Below, piece after piece: positions 50,148 through 51,987 of a stretch of 51,987 nucleotides of DNA (positions are counted from its first letter, which is position 1; each line of letters starts with the position of its first letter). Location: positions 27,136,914-27,188,900 of the forward strand of contig NC_068989.1 in assembly GCF_001194135.2 (NCBI RefSeq), read 5' to 3'. The translations under genes and the position numbers were made by a program. The stretch comes from Octopus bimaculoides. Its lineage: Eukaryota. The notes beneath the pieces are model-generated. The model was not told the DNA's origin. It made no database searches and saw only the letters and a list, made by a program, of their open reading frames with translations.

Positions 50148-50593
50148 GAATGCGGGAGTGTTATGATAGTAGCAGAATGTTAAATGGTCAAGTGCCCTGA
50201 AAATGACTTGTTGTGGATGGAAGTAGTGAGTGAATCCTTGAGACATCTCTTTTTAATGTATTATAAAGAAATGGTTACCTGGGTAGCAAATATTATAAAC
50301 AACACATTCAAAAGAGATAACTCAAGACCTCAATCACTACTACCATTCACAATAAGTCACTTTCAGGGCACTTATGCATTTAACATCCTACTACTATCAT
50401 AGTATTTCCGCATTCTTCTTCTTCTTCTTCTTCTTCTTCTTCTTCTTCTTCTTCTTCTTCTTCTTCTTCTTCTTCTTCTTCTTCTTCTTCTTCTCTACCA
50501 AGTATTCACAACGACCTCGAACCAACAGGAGTAAACAAGAGAGACAGAGACAGGCAGAAACAAGGAATATGCCCTTGTATTTGAATACTATGC
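49927..50593. mobile_element. Fold-back of ~670 bp made of two inverted PLE terminal repeats with internal (GAA)n/(TTC)n
   Basis: Outer arms 49927-50030 and 50495-50593 and inner arms 50147-50264 and 50294-50412 are reverse complements. The inner arms are homologous to 24739-24861 and 25691-25808. Confidence 0.9.
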
Positions 50594-50762
50594 AAATATT
50601 CTTTTAAAAACTTTTTATTTAATTTTTCCAAAATTTAATTCTTTTCCATGAAGAAGTCTCACTGACTGAAACCTGTATTATTTTATAAATTTTTTTTAGC
50701 ATTTTCTACCTTCACATATATCCATATATATATATATAAACTCGTGTGTTCCTTTTCAACCT

Positions 50763-50764
<2 letters not shown>

Positions 50765-50831
<67 letters not shown>
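50765..50831. repeat. (CA)n(TA)n(TG)n self-complementary microsatellite
   Basis: Read directly from the sequence. Confidence 0.95.
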
Positions 50832-50832
<1 letters not shown>

Positions 50833-51389
50833 ATAGGTCGGACACTCAACAACTGGTTCAAGAGCATCCGGTATTGCAGATATATCGCGTTGGGTGAAAA
50901 AATAGATGCAACTCGTTTTGAAGAAAGAAAAGCAGATCAGAAATGAAATCACAAATGGTAAAAAAAAAAAAAAGAGAAACAAACATGCAATACAGCGAGA
51001 AAATAATAAAATTAACCGTTAACAAATATGGATGTATTAAAGCCCTCGGCAAGCTCTATGAAGCGAATACACTCGCTCATACAAGCATCTGCGAAAATGT
51101 GAGCATAAGCACACGTGACCTTTGGTGAACTCCTGAATACAGAGCGAGTTAAACATCTACCTATTGTTTGTAAGAATGTGGAGGTTAAAGTAAACTTAAG
51201 TCATCTATACCTTAAAGTAAATTAAATTATGCTACCGGTTACTCAAAATTCATTCCCACTGTGTTGTACGAATGTACATTTATATGTGTTTAAGCTTCTC
51301 GAGAGACTTTCAGACATTCTATTAATGATCTGGGCGTTAGTCCACAGAATAGACTAGGATTCGTCGGAGCACGGACGGCATCTCCTAGA

Positions 51390-51770
51390 AATTATATTTT
51401 ATATTTTCGCGTACCTTACTATGGACTATGTTATGGTGTATTTCATCTTATCTTTCTTAGATTTAGGAAAACATTTTTCCAAAGCTGCAAAAAATTTTCC
51501 GGCGGTCTTGGTTGAAACATGCCAACCGAAAATCGAGTTGAACCGGAGGATATCCTGATTCCTATATCTGTTGTTGGGCTTATTTGATCGAGTGTGTTGC
51601 ACAGGATTGGAACAAGCAGTTGGATTATTATGTCGTGTGTGTCTATGAAATTTCGTTGGTAGTTCATTGATATGAACAATACTTCCTGGCCTGTATTCTC
51701 TATCTGATTTCTAACACGGTGACGTTGTAGTGGCGTACAATGTGTATTACAATTGGAGAAATGACCAGTG
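51390..51770 (-). mobile_element. Penelope-like element fragment (linker between RT and endonuclease)
   Basis: Minus translation NRYRNQDILRFNSIFGWHVSTKTAGKFFAALEKCFPKS resembles PLE RKRNITWFNPPFSxNVSTxIGKxFLxLxxKCFP. Confidence 0.6.
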
Positions 51771-51945
51771 TTGTGTATGCCTGCTTGTTTTATATGTTGG
51801 GTATTTTTTTCACGTAGCTAGAGTAGCATTATAATAAGTTGCACATGATTCGAAAATTTGAGTATTAGCAGTCAATCTAGAAATTCTGGGAGAAATATTC
51901 TTAAATAATTTATACCACTGATATAAATGATTTGATAATTTGTAC

Positions 51946-51949
<4 letters not shown>

Positions 51950-51987
<38 letters not shown>
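51950..51987. repeat. (TA)n microsatellite
   Basis: Read directly from the sequence. Confidence 0.97.

Noticed and set aside
1-51987. CRISPR arrays, operons, protocadherin or C2H2 zinc-finger cluster exons
   Set aside because: There is no repeat-spacer periodicity, no prokaryotic gene organisation, and no cadherin or C2H2 motifs in any long frame.

Overview
This is an AT-rich, microsatellite-dense eukaryotic window with six assembly gaps. The SINE families look like those of octopod cephalopods, so Octopus is inferred but not database-checked. I could not support any intact host gene, rRNA, tRNA or CRISPR array, and most predicted ORFs are microsatellite or N-gap artefacts. The window is mainly decayed transposons: two non-LTR retrotransposons with a C-terminal restriction-like endonuclease (R4/Dong-like), an ORF1-only L1/Tx1-like element, several Tc1/mariner relics (DD34D and DD37D), two tRNA-derived SINE families, small TIR elements, and about eight Penelope-like element (PLE) loci. 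The most notable signal is a PLE-derived set of structures. It includes long fold-back palindromes (30104-31077, 49927-50593, 24635-25900) and type I hammerhead ribozyme motifs with palindromic loop III. Two motifs have canonical cores on opposite strands of one palindrome, and three have a recurring CCGA variant core. Hammerheads in PLEs are already known; their activity and novelty here are untested.
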